Below the pieces are notes generated by a model, which had not been told where the DNA came from, did not search any database, and saw only the letters and a list, made by a program, of their open reading frames with translations. Position numbers and translations under genes: made by a program. From NCBI GenBank assembly GCA_964035545.1, contig OZ037769.1, positions 14,228,633 to 14,292,632 of the forward strand: DNA of 64,000 bases. The letters run 5' to 3'. Source of the stretch: Bugula neritina (lineage: Eukaryota; Animalia; Bryozoa). Shown here piece after piece: positions 1 through 22,363 of the stretch (position 1 is the stretch's first letter; each line of letters opens with the position of its first letter).

Positions 1-165
1 TTCAAATATGTAAGGATGACAATGATAGATCAGAATTGAGGTTGTGAGGCGGAAGTCACAAGAAGAATGAGTGCAGCGTGGGACAGATGGAGGGACATAT
101 CAGGAGTTATGTGTGGTAAAAAAGTGCCTAAGCAACTGAAGGCATTACTCTACAAAAATAATCAT
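1..165 (+). mobile_element. RTE-clade non-LTR retrotransposon fragment (post-RT region), decayed
   Basis: Translates as FKYV...GCEAEVTRRMSAAWDRWRDISGVMCGKKVPKQLKALLYK, resembling the RTE-type RI..AW.KWR..SGVLCD..P..LK..YK segment; one in-frame stop; ends at the (CA)n tract. Confidence 0.7.
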
Positions 166-171
166 ATAATC

Positions 172-410
<239 letters not shown>

Positions 411-438
411 TTGGTTATCTCTTTTGGCCACCCCAAAC

Positions 439-9088
<8,650 letters not shown>

Positions 9089-10259
9089 CTGAAAAAAAAT
9101 CAAATCATTTTAAAGATATGTGTTCTTTGCTAGATTTTGTGGAATTCCTGAGACTTTTAAGGAATGACGCTGTTTTACTAAAGATGCTCACTCTAAGTTT
9201 GCAATTTGAAGCATCATGTTTATGCTTCATTAGTAACACTGTAGTAACTTTATGGGTTGAATGTAACTAAGTGCTGAACATATCTCTTTGTAAGAGAGAA
9301 CAAGATGCAGGGTAGTCTTCAGTAGAATCAATCTTTATTGCAGAATATAAGTGTAATCCTGATCAGGTGAGCTCTAATGGTAGACTGAATCTACACTGGA
9401 AACTCGCATGCTTTTATACACAGGACAAAGAACATGCACACAAAAGAATCCTTTGTTTCTTGAAAATCGGAAGCCCAAAATTCGGGACTCCAGTATCAGT
9501 ATTGTTACAAAACGATAAAAATAGCAAAAGGAAGATTACTTCAGAATGCGTATTTCAGCGCAATTAGATTACGCTGAAAGCTTTAACAACAATCACAATA
9601 CTTAAGCATTAGAAAACTACCTCGACTTAGTTACAATTACAGCATTCAAAATGATACGCGACAAGAACTTTCCAGAACAATAGGGGATGAAAATCCATTA
9701 CAACACAATAACTAAGTCTTAACAACGCTTTTATGCCAGGCGAACATTAATACTAAAACATTATTGGTAAGCCACTACTGATAACTAAAAGCATGTTACA
9801 ACATACATTTAAATTCATCTATTCAAACTGGCAAGCTTTTTAAATTAATCAAAATCAAATTGACAAAGTATTCAACTTATTCTATTAAAAACATATACAG
9901 TTAGTTCTCCATTAGTCTCTCGGAATGCTAACTTTATTTGCTTATTTAACTTTTTATATAACAACATATAACTTTAGAATGTATTATTTTGAGTTTAAAA
10001 TTACAGCTGATTTGATTTATTGGCTGCTCCATAACCGATAACGCAAACTATTTTGCCTGGCGGTAGTCGCTAAACAAAGAAGATAGCCCAGCAGCTAGAC
10101 ATAAGCAACTGTACAGGATGCCACCTGCAAAATCAGCTGCTGCTCTATAACTCCAACACAGCCTTAAAATTATATTTCAACCTATAAAGTGTAATTGACA
10201 ATAATTGTTTCTGCAGTTAACACATTTGCTTTATGCAATATGTTGCAATTTTAACTTAC

Positions 10260-12285
10260 ACATCATATTGTGAAATTATATCTTGGAGCTCATCAGCAGT
10301 TGGATTTAGCTGCAAGTAGTTTTCAGCAATCTAAAAAATGATGTAATTGAGTTAAAAATATAACAAGAGTCAATTAATTAACGAGTAAATAATAAGAATT
10401 GAATATATGTGAAAAGCTTTATTATTTACTTGTTATTTTTTCATAAGTAAAGCTTTATTTTAGCTTATCTATAGCTCAAAAATAATTATTATCAACTAAC
10501 TTTTTACAGTTTAAATTTTTAAATGTAGACTGCAAACAATTTATATTTATGACCTTGGCCTGATCTCCAAGTGTCTGACACTCCAGCTTCTTAATAAATA
10601 CTTCCACACATATCCTGTATTCTGTCACCAATTCTTGTGTTTGTTTTTCACCGAGAAATAGACCTATTTTACCTTCGTTGATATGACTCTGCATTTTACA
10701 AATACTCTCAAGATGTGTTGAATAACCAAATTTTGACAAGCCATTTTTAATTAAAGTTTCTGCTAGTTTATTCAAAGTCAGGCGTAATTTTTTTAGAATT
10801 GCTGTGACTAAACCAGCTACGAAAGCTTCTATTGCTTTTCTCTGTTCAGCAGTTTCAAGAGATTGGAGTTTTATCTCAGCTTGTTCTAAAAGTGTCAGTG
10901 TTTCTACAGTTGGCAAGGCTTTAAGTATGATGTCTTTTAAATACCAAATTCTTGAGCAGATTAGGTTCAGCTCATCTTGAGAAAAATCAGTCAAGCAAGC
11001 TTTTGACATTGCTGGAATGCCAGTGAGGACTTCATGCTCCTGATCCCAGATTATTGTGGAGGAATTAAGGTGGGTGTCTAAATGAGTGTTTGAAATTTTT
11101 GATAAAACCAATGAAAGAATGTTTATTTCAGGGACTATGTCTCTGGCAGCTCTAGCAGGAACAGCTGCCAACACTTTGTCTAACAAACTTGTCAAATGGT
11201 AGCCGGTACTTCTAACCAACAGAACAGCTAAAGCATGTCTAGCTAATGTGGTCGTTCGGCTGAAAATTATTGAAGACAAAGGGACTCCACTCTTCACATC
11301 TTTTTCTAAAATTATTTACGTAAAAATTATTAAATAACATGTTCAAAATAATAAAATCATTTTCAAGTTTCGGTTGCTCAATCTTTTATGTTTCATACAT
11401 TTATTTGAATTATTTGAAAATACCGAAGTATAATCGAAAATATTAGTCATTCTAACACCTTTGTTATTTAAAAACCAGTAATATAAAGTCCCGAAAATTG
11501 GGTTAATTTTATTATAATAAAGTTACCTCCAAAAATGGTAATGTCTATATACTCATGCATTAGTTTAAAAACTCTTACTTATAAAAAACCTAGTGTCAAT
11601 ATTTTAAAGAATTTTCTATGTTTTTATAAAAAAATGCTTTTGCACCGCATGCTTCGATTATCAAATAAACAGCCGGTAATATCCTGATGGTGCTGAGTCT
11701 AAAATTGACAATAGTGGAATTAATGAAAGCAATGACTCAGACGGCAACAGCATTTATTGGCTGCTATAAAAGATCAAGAACCGACAATACATTATAGCTG
11801 GCACACTATAGTTAAACTGGTATGCTATGATTACCAAATCAAGAAAAGTGCAAATGTGTTTTTTTACAAATAGTGTTGCAATTAAATCCGTTAAATTTTA
11901 CTAACATACAGTACTAATAATGTTTTGTGTTGATAAATTCTACCATTTCGTTATTATCCCATGTACCATACATTGTGATGAAGTATCATTTTTTACTGAA
12001 CTCTGAAAGCAATTATATGCATTATAACTTTGCTATTTGTTTTGTGCACATATGTTATGATAATTTTCTATCTCAAGTAAGTTGAGATTGTGTATGAAAA
12101 AGTACTGTAACTGTAAAAAAGTAAATAAAATTATAGTTGTTTTTTATAATACCTACTTGAAAAAATATCAAAACTATACAAGCTATATTTCAGCATAGCA
12201 GTTGCATCAGTGAAGCTTCCAAACATTGTTGCCAAATGAGATAGTGACAGTAAAGAAGTTAATAATTGTAGGCTAGTTGCAAATA
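10260..12285 (-). CDS. Exons of an unknown, predicted alpha-helical protein gene (possibly partly pseudogenised)
   Basis: Phase-compatible exons 12157-12285, 10554-11305 (752 nt open, Leu-rich; donor GTCATA is weak) and 10260-10330. Further exon-like blocks at ~12.4-15.0 kb carry stops or phase clashes. Family not recognised. Confidence 0.55.
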
Positions 12286-15200
12286 CTGCAATCAATTGCA
12301 TTTCAAGTATTTATGGTCACCTTTCACCACCATGGTCCTGCGCGGGTGCGGCGGGATTTTAAGTATTTATACATCTGCTTATAGAAAATCAAAAAGAAGA
12401 TTATAGCAAACTAACAGTGGCATTGGTATTAGTTTTTGGAATAAACTGCCATGATGCAGATGACAACTGCAGAAAAATGGGGGCTGCAATATGGGAAGCT
12501 GTTAATATGGACATCAAAGTATATATAGCACAACAATGAGCTTTTGAAGTAGGATTCCCAGTTAACATGTCAACACAGAAACTTAAAATGTATTGATAAA
12601 TATTGGATATCAACAGTCTGCGTTTATTAGCAAAGTGTTTAATGAATAGCCTCTATAGTATTCATTTAACAAAAAACTTTTTAAAGTGTTTATTTGTTGG
12701 CAAGACGTAGCTAAAAAGTACTTAGCAGTTTTGATTTTTTTTGAGCTTTTATAAGTTTATAGCACTTTTAGAATTAATGAAACTGTTTATAGATAAAAAA
12801 AAATTTACTGGTTTACTGCACAAGTCATTCAAAAGCAACCAATTCAACCATGCATATGAAATGTCAACTTTATTTTGTTAGTGTACACTTCCTGCAACTC
12901 TTATTCAATCACATTTTATCATTGAGAAATAGAATGTAATCTCTCCATTTAACTTTAGTTGAGTTTTTTTGTGATTGTTATCTGCCATGGTTGTTTGTTT
13001 GATCACCCTTTTAGAGGTTCACATTAAAAAGTGTGAAGTTTTTTTTTAATATTTATATATATGCATAAATGGATTTGCGCCTGTAAACCAATAAATGTTA
13101 AAAAGTTTTATATACTGAAGTTTTTAACACATAATATGACAAGCTATATTAGTGGTGGCGGTGCTCAGTCAATGATTAATAACTAAAAGCAGTCCTAGCT
13201 TATTAAAAAAATTACTATAGAGTTGCTGTAGTATGGTTTTGCAATGCATGGCTAAAATATTTCATTCAATATTTTATTCAATCAATACTATAACTGATAA
13301 TGCGCTTTACATTATAGTTATGGTATTTTTTATCATAATTACAAACAGATATATAAATTACTCTGCTATAGTTTAATTATGTAGCATATAATCTTATCTC
13401 AATATTGAAAAATTGTCGTAAGCTAAAATACGTCTTACCTGACGACATACTTTGCAAAAAACCCACGAATGAGTTATAGCCAGTTAGATAGAATCTTCAA
13501 TTTTGTTTTTACTTTTAGCCATTACTTTATACAGCAGAATCTTCTACATGCTAGAAACATTCAAAAACTACAAGAATAATCACACGCTTATATTATAATG
13601 GTAATTTTATGCATATCATATTGTAATAATATACTATAAACAGCAGGGCATATATTGTTTAGTATAATAGTATCTGTGAATATGTTTTCAATACCAACAC
13701 GTAAAAATGATATGAGGAAGCATTTGATCCTCTTCCACAAACTTGGCTGAAGTCAGCCAAAAAAATCTGACAAATTGACAAAAGCAGATGATTTGACAAA
13801 ATTTCCCTATTGAGCAATTTGGCAATATTATATTTCCAAAAAAACTCAGAAGTAAGAACAGTTAAAAAAATATCTACTGAAAATAATGGATAAAACCAAC
13901 TTTCCATTGCTTTTTGCCAGATTCAAAAGATCAAGGAAAAAAGCTAGCTGTATTATTTGAACATATAGCAAAAGGACTAGTTTTATCATATCATTTTACC
14001 ACTTTTAGCAATTTCACCTGAGTGCAACTTGAAATTAAAACTTCAATGTGCATATATAGCAATGAAATTTTTGCTAACTTAAGTTTAAGGAATAATTCTT
14101 GCATGAACTTAATAAAAAAATTCATAAATCACAGCCCAACACTAAAAAACACACTTTTTTTACTGTGTGTAAACCGGCACTAATCTACACAGATTCTTAT
14201 ATAAAATTAAAAAAGGAAGCCAAAAGTTCCATGTACAAAAAATTGAGAATAATTCAGACTACTGAGACTATTTGGCAACCTTAACTTAAGGCCACTCGCA
14301 GTAAATGCCAGATGCTTTGCTAATTTAACTATTGCACAGTTTAAACTAAGTTAAAGAATGCATGCTAATATAAACTTGGGCAACCCAAGCTTCATGTATA
14401 TGCTGGCATCCACAAAACCACTAGTTCTTATGTCAACAATTGTGTGTACTATCAAAGAGCAAATCAGGCAAAAACATTACTGACAGAAGAAACAAATAAA
14501 TATGGAAAAGAGCACTATCCTGAGCTCTACTCTACAGATAATATTGTATAAACTGCATGATGCACTACCTAAGGCTATCACCCAGCAGCCAACAACTAAT
14601 TTAAGCTGGGCAAAGCCATTCACTGCCTCGCCAATGAAGATAATTTACGGCACTTCTAGAAATTAATGCTCAAAACAAGGAACAAAGAATTTCTTGATGA
14701 TTTGCACAAATTGCTCTGTCTGTGTTGAGGAGAAAACTCTGTGCCACACAATATGCATAGAGCTGAAAGCAACTATTTGTATACCTCTTAATCTCAAAAA
14801 CTTTTACTTTTAATTGCTGGTTGACAAAGCTTTCTGAAATATGCAAACATGTATTTCTCTATTTTATAAATCATTTCTACTCAAGCTAAGAACTGTTATA
14901 TTCACTTACCTATCAATGAGTGTTGCGCGTGTCACTCTGTGTATTAAAGCAGGTATAGTTGAAGTATGCCACAGCGTAGCTAAGTTTAGAATGAATAAGA
15001 ATTATATGATATGTAAAGGTCAAACATCACCTCATGCATATAGCTATCTTATCAGAATTTATGGTCTTTCTATGTTTACACTATAGCATCCTATTAATTA
15101 AGATACCTGCAGTATTAATAGTGTAAATATGAAAACAGTGATACGAAAAGTTAATATTATATAGGACTATATATGCCAGCAGCTGCTTTAATTATAGCAC

Positions 15201-15796
15201 AGCATTACTTACTACGCAATCTCCTAGCACACAGATTCACTTTTTAGATCAGATCACGTTGCACCATTCTATAACTGCAGCAGTTTGGTTATATCTTAAC
15301 ACAACTTTTGTGAAAGTATTTGCTGTTGATACAGAGCTTGTGTATAAATGAAAAATTAGTTTTATTGATAATATAAAATAACGCTAGTATATACGTAATG
15401 GCATTAACTATACGTTTTATGTTTTTGGTTATTATATATAAAAAACAACAAAAAATTGCATGTAAACACTCTAAGTACTATTACTAGGTTGATATAGTTT
15501 CGAGGTGTTGATATTTTCAAGTCAGCTATGGGTAGAGATATTATACTAAAAAACTGCAGGGATCAATCCGAGTGTTTCTTGAGCAAAAATTCTTTTAGTG
15601 AAACAATAATTATCTGGCCATGGTAAGACTTTCTGACCACAACAATACAAAATTATATTGGCTTATGTGAATTCAAAAAAAAAAGCAGCTGGGTAACAAT
15701 ACACCCTATATATAATGATATAATGCTATATATTAGTTGTATACCAATATACCAGTCTGCTACAGCTACATGCTGTAGTGTTGAGTTTACCCAGTG

Positions 15797-15872
15797 GTTC
15801 CCATGGTGTAATGGTTAGTACACTTGCTTGCAAGCCAGAGGTCTCGGGTTCAATTCTTAGCGCAATGGGAGC
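15797..15872 (+). pseudogene. tRNA-like sequence (pseudo-tRNA or SINE head)
   Basis: A box TGGTGTAATGG, B box GGTTCAATTC, TTCCCAT/ATGGGAG acceptor-like pairing, TGC in the anticodon position; T stem and spacing irregular. Confidence 0.6.
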
Positions 15873-16573
15873 AAAATTATTTTTCATATACTATCTAATA
15901 CTTCTTTGGTATTACAGCAGGTCAGCTATAGAATGGTGCATCAGTTCATGATAATGGCCCAGTCTGGACCAACCATGCTTGACTAGCCAATGTGCTACTG
16001 CTGGTATGTCTTTAACTGCAAGGCTCCCTTTTTGCAGTGTCTGCCTTAATCTGTTATCTTCCTGAATGCTAAATATTTAGGGTTTGGCAGCCATAATTTG
16101 ATGAGGTCACATGAAATATGTGACCTTGTTCAAGTCCACATTGCTATTATGACAACTATTTTAAACAACTGCCCTGGTAAGCTGTCATGAAAATAGTTTG
16201 TTTCAAACTGCGTTAGTAAATATTTAAGGAGTAAAAAAACAGTATATGCGGTATGAATCAGGTTGGTTGGCTTCTATACCAAATTGTTAGCTATTTTACT
16301 TCAGTGACTGTCTGCAGTATTTTTCAAACTTAATCAAATTATGGGGAATACATGAATTTTCAGTTGCGATTTGCATGAACTTGTAAATGCAGCTTCACTC
16401 AATGCAAATGTTTCCCGTCATCAATACAAAACCATGGACATATAACATTGTATAATGTAATTTTGGGAACAGTCACATAGAACAAAACCACAACTGTAGT
16501 TTAATGCAAACTGCAACCAAAAATTTATTCATCAGAAAAATTCGAAGCAATGGAACTGCATCTAACCCTCTAT

Positions 16574-16864
16574 AGACACACTTCACCATATCGTAGGTCG
16601 TAACAGGAAATGTCAGCCATTTTTACAAATATTTGCGCTCTCTGTAAGGCGTTTCAATTTGTCAGGATCAAGTACTGCTTAATTCAAAAGCATTGGGTCA
16701 GGCTCCTATTGGATAGAAAGATGCTCACGTCAACTCAATGGATATAAATGTGCAATGAGATGGCATAAATAATACCCAATAGCAGACTTTGAAAAATACA
16801 GCCTGGACATATTAAAAATGGCTGACATTTTAAGTTACATCCTACAGTACAGCAAAGTGTGTCT
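16574..16864. mobile_element. MITE with ISL2EU-like ends (AT|AGAC...GTCT|AT)
   Basis: Imperfect ~50-bp TIRs (AGACACACTT...AAATGTCAGCCATTTTT / AAAAATGGCTGACATTT...AAGTGTGTCT); flanking AT; same terminal AGAC as the element at 29629-33580. Confidence 0.7.
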
Positions 16865-17834
16865 ATATATTGGGATAGGCAGAAATATATCTCAGTGTAA
16901 AATGAGAATTATAAAATAAACTTAACATATAATTTGCACTGAGCTCACTCTTGCACTTTGACTCTACTTTACGCTGCATGTAGCTTGGTTGCAGTCCTTC
17001 AACTTCATAACATCAAAGTGTGTGAGTGTGGAGGAAGTAAAGATCTAGTTAAATGGTTCAATTGAATAAATACATACATGAAAACAACAGCCCTCCAGCT
17101 TGAAAGCCTGTGCGCTACCCATCTCATCACTGGTGGATCACTAATCCACAGTATTGAGCCCTCAAATAATGTTCTAGCTTAGAAATTAGATTCTCACAAC
17201 GATTAAAATTTTCAGCAAACTGGTGTCGAACGAAAATTTGCAAAACAAAACTTTTAACAAAAATTTGTCAACTTAAATGAATAAATTAGTTTTTAATTAA
17301 ATTAATTTTGAACTTCTGGACTATTCAGACTGGTCAGTTAGAATAAAGTGAAGTTACTTGTTGGATTATAATTTCAGAATTTTCATATAATTTGTAGTTG
17401 ATGGTTAAAGGTAGGAGTTATCTTCACTCAACCAATATTATTGGTTTGGAATGTGTATGTGTCTGGTTTTATGTTGTATTTACATTGGGTAATGGCACTC
17501 ATGCAGGTTATAAACTTTGTGAGACAAATTTGGGATTTGCTCCCCCAAAGAATAAAATTATATTTTTATATTTTTTGTATATGTATATGTATTTGATGAT
17601 AATAATGAAGCAAGCAAAATTATAATAATAAAATATTACAATAATAACCAAGCCAAAACAAAGATTATTTTAGCGATCCTTTAAAATCTTGCTATGTGAA
17701 TATACTGAGAAAAAAAATTAATAAGTTACTTGCTGCAGTACTGTTCAATACTACTGATATGGGTGTCAACTATAGTCAATTTTCTTGGTACTTCTTCAAA
17801 TTATATTATACTATTGTTACTGCTGCTGCTACTG

Positions 17835-18250
<416 letters not shown>

Positions 18251-18654
18251 CTTCTGCTACTTTTTCCTCTAATCTTTTGTACTCTATCATCTTCTATTTT
18301 TGTTTTCTATTCTTGTCTTCATTCTTTTTCCTCTAATTTTTCAGATATTTTTCTAATTTGAATCTTTTGGAGGCGATTCAAATTTCGAGGATACCAGCAA
18401 TGACTTGTAAAAACTAGTGGCAGTAACTGGCAGCAGAAAGTGGCACGGAATTTAGTTAGGTATGCTGTCAGCTAAGGATTGATGTAAGAAGGATCTGTTG
18501 ATGTTGGCTCATCTTTGTATTTCGTAGGTTTTATCATCACTAATTGATTAATTGTACCGAGAAAATTGACCTGCAGGTTTTTCTTATAAACTAAATGCTG
18601 GCAACAGTTTACTGCAAGTACACTTTATTTGTATTAGTATTCTATACATTTTAG

Positions 18655-19235
18655 CAAGTACATGGAACTGTTTACAAGAGAATGTACAGAGCGAGAGAGT
18701 AACGCAATCATCAATTATGAGCATGCCAAAGAAGTTGATGACTTGAAGAAAGCAAATGAAGCAGTTAAATTGAAAATGGAAGAAGTTAAGCTAAAGCTAA
18801 TGCTGAGAAATTTGGTCAGCTCAAAAGTGAAGCAAAGATGACAAAAAAGAGATTAGAAGAGGTCAAGAAAAACTCTGAGAAACGAGAGAAGGCAAGTCAA
18901 GAAATGCTGGATAAGATTACAAAACAAATGAAAACAGCCGGAGAAGAAGATCGAGCTTTTTATGAACAAGAAAGTGAAAGATACAAAGAGAGTGTTCGTG
19001 CATAACAAGAAGCTCATAGTAATGCTGAAAAAATGAATGCAGAAAAACTGAGTGATTTGAATGAAACTATATTCAAAGACTAAATTTCATGATGGAAAGA
19101 CAAAAGAATGAGCACCAACAGCATATCAATGAGCTCGAAGAAAAGCTAGAAGAGGCAATTACTGCTAGATTAAATGCAGTAAGGGCACAGCAAGAGGATT
19201 CACAGGATTCAGATTCATACTGTGTAATTTTGTGA
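18655..19235 (+). pseudogene. Decayed terminal exon of the atlastin-like GTPase family (copy C), ending ...DSDSYCVIL*
   Basis: Same acceptor and KYMELFTRE start as the copy B last exon; frameshift near 18786 and GAA>TAA stop near 19003; no upstream exons nearby. Confidence 0.85.
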
Positions 19236-19650
19236 ACTGAGTTTGTTAAGAATAAACCAATATTTAAAGCAAATTCTTTTACAATGCTTCATATGATTTG
19301 CAGCTCATAAAATTACAATTCTAAAAAGATAAAAAAAACTTTATTTAGCACTCTATAGCGCTCTTACATTATATGCTTATAATTTTTTAAAAGGCTAGTA
19401 ATGCTAAAGAAAATATTGTGATTTTTTTATAACTCAATTTTTGTGCTTTGAAGTTGTGACAATTGATTGATAAACTAATTTAAATAGAATTTTTGCTAAT
19501 TTTTACGACATTTTAGTGGCTAATTTATTAGTTGCTTTATTTTTAGATATAGAACTCAACATTTTTCATCAAATAAAAGCATAACTTTGCAATACCAATT
19601 TTATTGTTTCTGTTTTCTATCTTTAATACTGTTATAGTCCTCGTGATTAT

Positions 19651-20028
19651 GTTACTGTGGTGGGTTTCATATGCCTTCAATTAGCCTACTGCATATCCTA
19701 GTAATTATGCAATTGGGAAGGGATGACACCTGATTTACCGTAGGAACAAAAAACGTATATTTACAGAATATAGACTATGAGAAAAAGAGTTACATTTAAG
19801 TATAGCAAAATACGGAATTAGATATACATGTACGATCTATCAACAGTTAGCCTAGACACTCTACTGTTTGTCTTCCGAAAGGCCCTCCGGTTTAGTGTTA
19901 GTCACGTGTCTTCTCGACATTTGATTGGAGGCTCGCATATTGGCCACATTGTCCCTCCGCATCATAAACGGGAGGGGGGGGGTTTAGAAGAAACGCCATG
20001 ACTACGTACGCTTTTATTAGCCATTACA
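19651..20028 (-). mobile_element. Possible solo LTR
   Basis: GC-richer block with TG...CA ends on the minus strand; no TSD found. Confidence 0.3.
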
Positions 20029-22085
20029 ATATTATATAACATTAAAAATGTATAATTCAACATAAAAATCAAATAATTTAATATAGTATAGAATAACATT
20101 TATTTTAAAACAAGTAAATGAAAACCAAATAATTTTGGTTTAGTCTGAAAATTAAAGTCTAGCTTCAATGTTGTTGCAAAACTGGTTTTTAAAAATATTA
20201 TTAAAGCCCTGTATATCAAAGAGAAGCAACACAAAAAGTTCTGAGCTTGCGTATAATTTTTTTTTTAATTTTATTCACTTCTTTATAATTACCTCTCATT
20301 TGCTTCTCTTTGTCACTTCACTAATACTCTATGGTAGAATAACTCCCATTTCATATATCTTTCACCTAAAATAGACAACTCTATACATTTGATTTGTGTG
20401 TTCATAGGCCACATTCTCCCTTCTTATAACAAATATTTTTGCAGCATTCGAATACAGAAAATAGCAATCAAAGTTTTTTTTAAATGCGTGTGTTACTGGC
20501 CCCGTATGAATTAAACCAGGATTTCCAAACGCAGAAGTTTATTGGTTATACTTGTTGGTAAACTTGCTGATATAAATTCTCTGATAAACTTGCTGTGATA
20601 AACTTGCTGTGATAAACTTGCTGGTAAAAACTAAATAAGAAAGGCAAAAGTTATATAAATGATTGCATGCATATAAATGTGGTTAAAAATATTAAAGTAA
20701 TGCTCACAAAAACCATAAAGTAAATTTATTATAAAATAATAATTCAGATAATAATATGAATAAAAGTAACTAACCTCTTGGGTCCTTCATAAACAGTGCC
20801 AGTAAATAATATATTGTCAAACCAGTAGATTAATAAAATAATAAGTACAGTTTTGTTAAAGAGTGCTGCCAACTGATTGTATTGAGTTTGTTGAGTGTTT
20901 ATATACTCTGATTGTTGTTACTGTGCCAGGTAAAAACATATTGCATAAACAACTATTGTCCCTGAAAAATACCACAATGATTGTGTCTCAAAACATAGTA
21001 AACTTTCACTAGGTAGCCTCAGGGTACCAACCCAGCCCGTACAGGTAGGGCAAGAATGACAGCCACCCCAGCCACAATGACCTGACCACAAATCTAATAG
21101 TCAGCACAAGGCAGATGAGTAATGCCTGCTGACGTATGTCACCTAAACATAAATAGGAAGTTAATGGGGTCAATAGTTATTTATAGTGGGCAACACACAA
21201 CCAGTTACAGCGTGCTTCACTTTTAATTTTCCCCGGACTTTTGAGTGCTTTTGTTTCTTATTCCTTTCTTTGCTTTCTATTTTTATGCTATCACATACTA
21301 CCTTTTTGTTAGTATAATATATGATATATTCACTGAGGTTTATTTCCAATTGAATAAAACCACGCTAATATGCGTGCTCATTATGATGGAATAAGACGGA
21401 TAGCATTAAATAAAAAGGTAGAGCCAAAATTGTTATAATTGCCACGTTACGAGTTTACAGGAACTTCAATCTATAGGTGTAAATATTTTCTTTTGTTTTT
21501 TATGTTCTCCTTGTTATGATGACTTATACTCCTTCCATTATTATACATTATTCTACACTGGAAGTACCTGAGTGACATGTATTTAATTTGAAAATATATA
21601 AGTTTTGAGTCAAAATTCTATTGTAGCCCCCATATTGTGTAAAATGGTTCTCAGTGATAGCAGAAGTGTTCATAATTGGTTCTGTTTAATATAAAATGTT
21701 TAATTTTTATTTATTAATGTAACTATTAAAACTAAACTTTATACAACACATATTTGAAGCCATCGTCACTTTATTATATAACCATTAGTGAGATGACTAC
21801 ACTTGATATATCGAAATGATCTGATAAATTAGTAGTCCTTTAACTTCAAGTTTAGAATAAGTTTTAGGTAATTTCAGGAACTAAATACTGCCATTACTGA
21901 CACTGGTAGTCTTGAGAGAGTAAAATATATTTTTTAGGAAGCTACATGCAGATGCACCATACCCCAGAAAAATATATAAGGTGTTGTTTATTGCCATATT
22001 TCATTGCTAATCAATTTTTCAGACAGTCTATATAGACACAGTCCACCAATCTAAATGATAAAGCGAAAGTAGCAGCTGTGAGTGC

Positions 22086-22300
22086 CTATGCTGTCGGTGA
22101 AGACTGATTGTTTTTTCCAACTCTTTTCGACTTGCAGTAAGTCACCAGAATATAAATTCCAGAAATCATAGAAGCCATTAGGAGGGCTGAAGCAATGTAG
22201 TAGAAGACGTATCTCCAGGAGCCCGTCTGATCGTATATGTAACCTGAATAGAATAAGAGGAGTGGTAAGATTGTGATAACATTGGTAATACGCTATTATA

Positions 22301-22363
<63 letters not shown>

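Noticed and set aside
15797-15872. Functional tRNA-Ala(TGC)
   Set aside because: T stem and T-arm-to-acceptor spacing are not canonical; kept only as tRNA-like.
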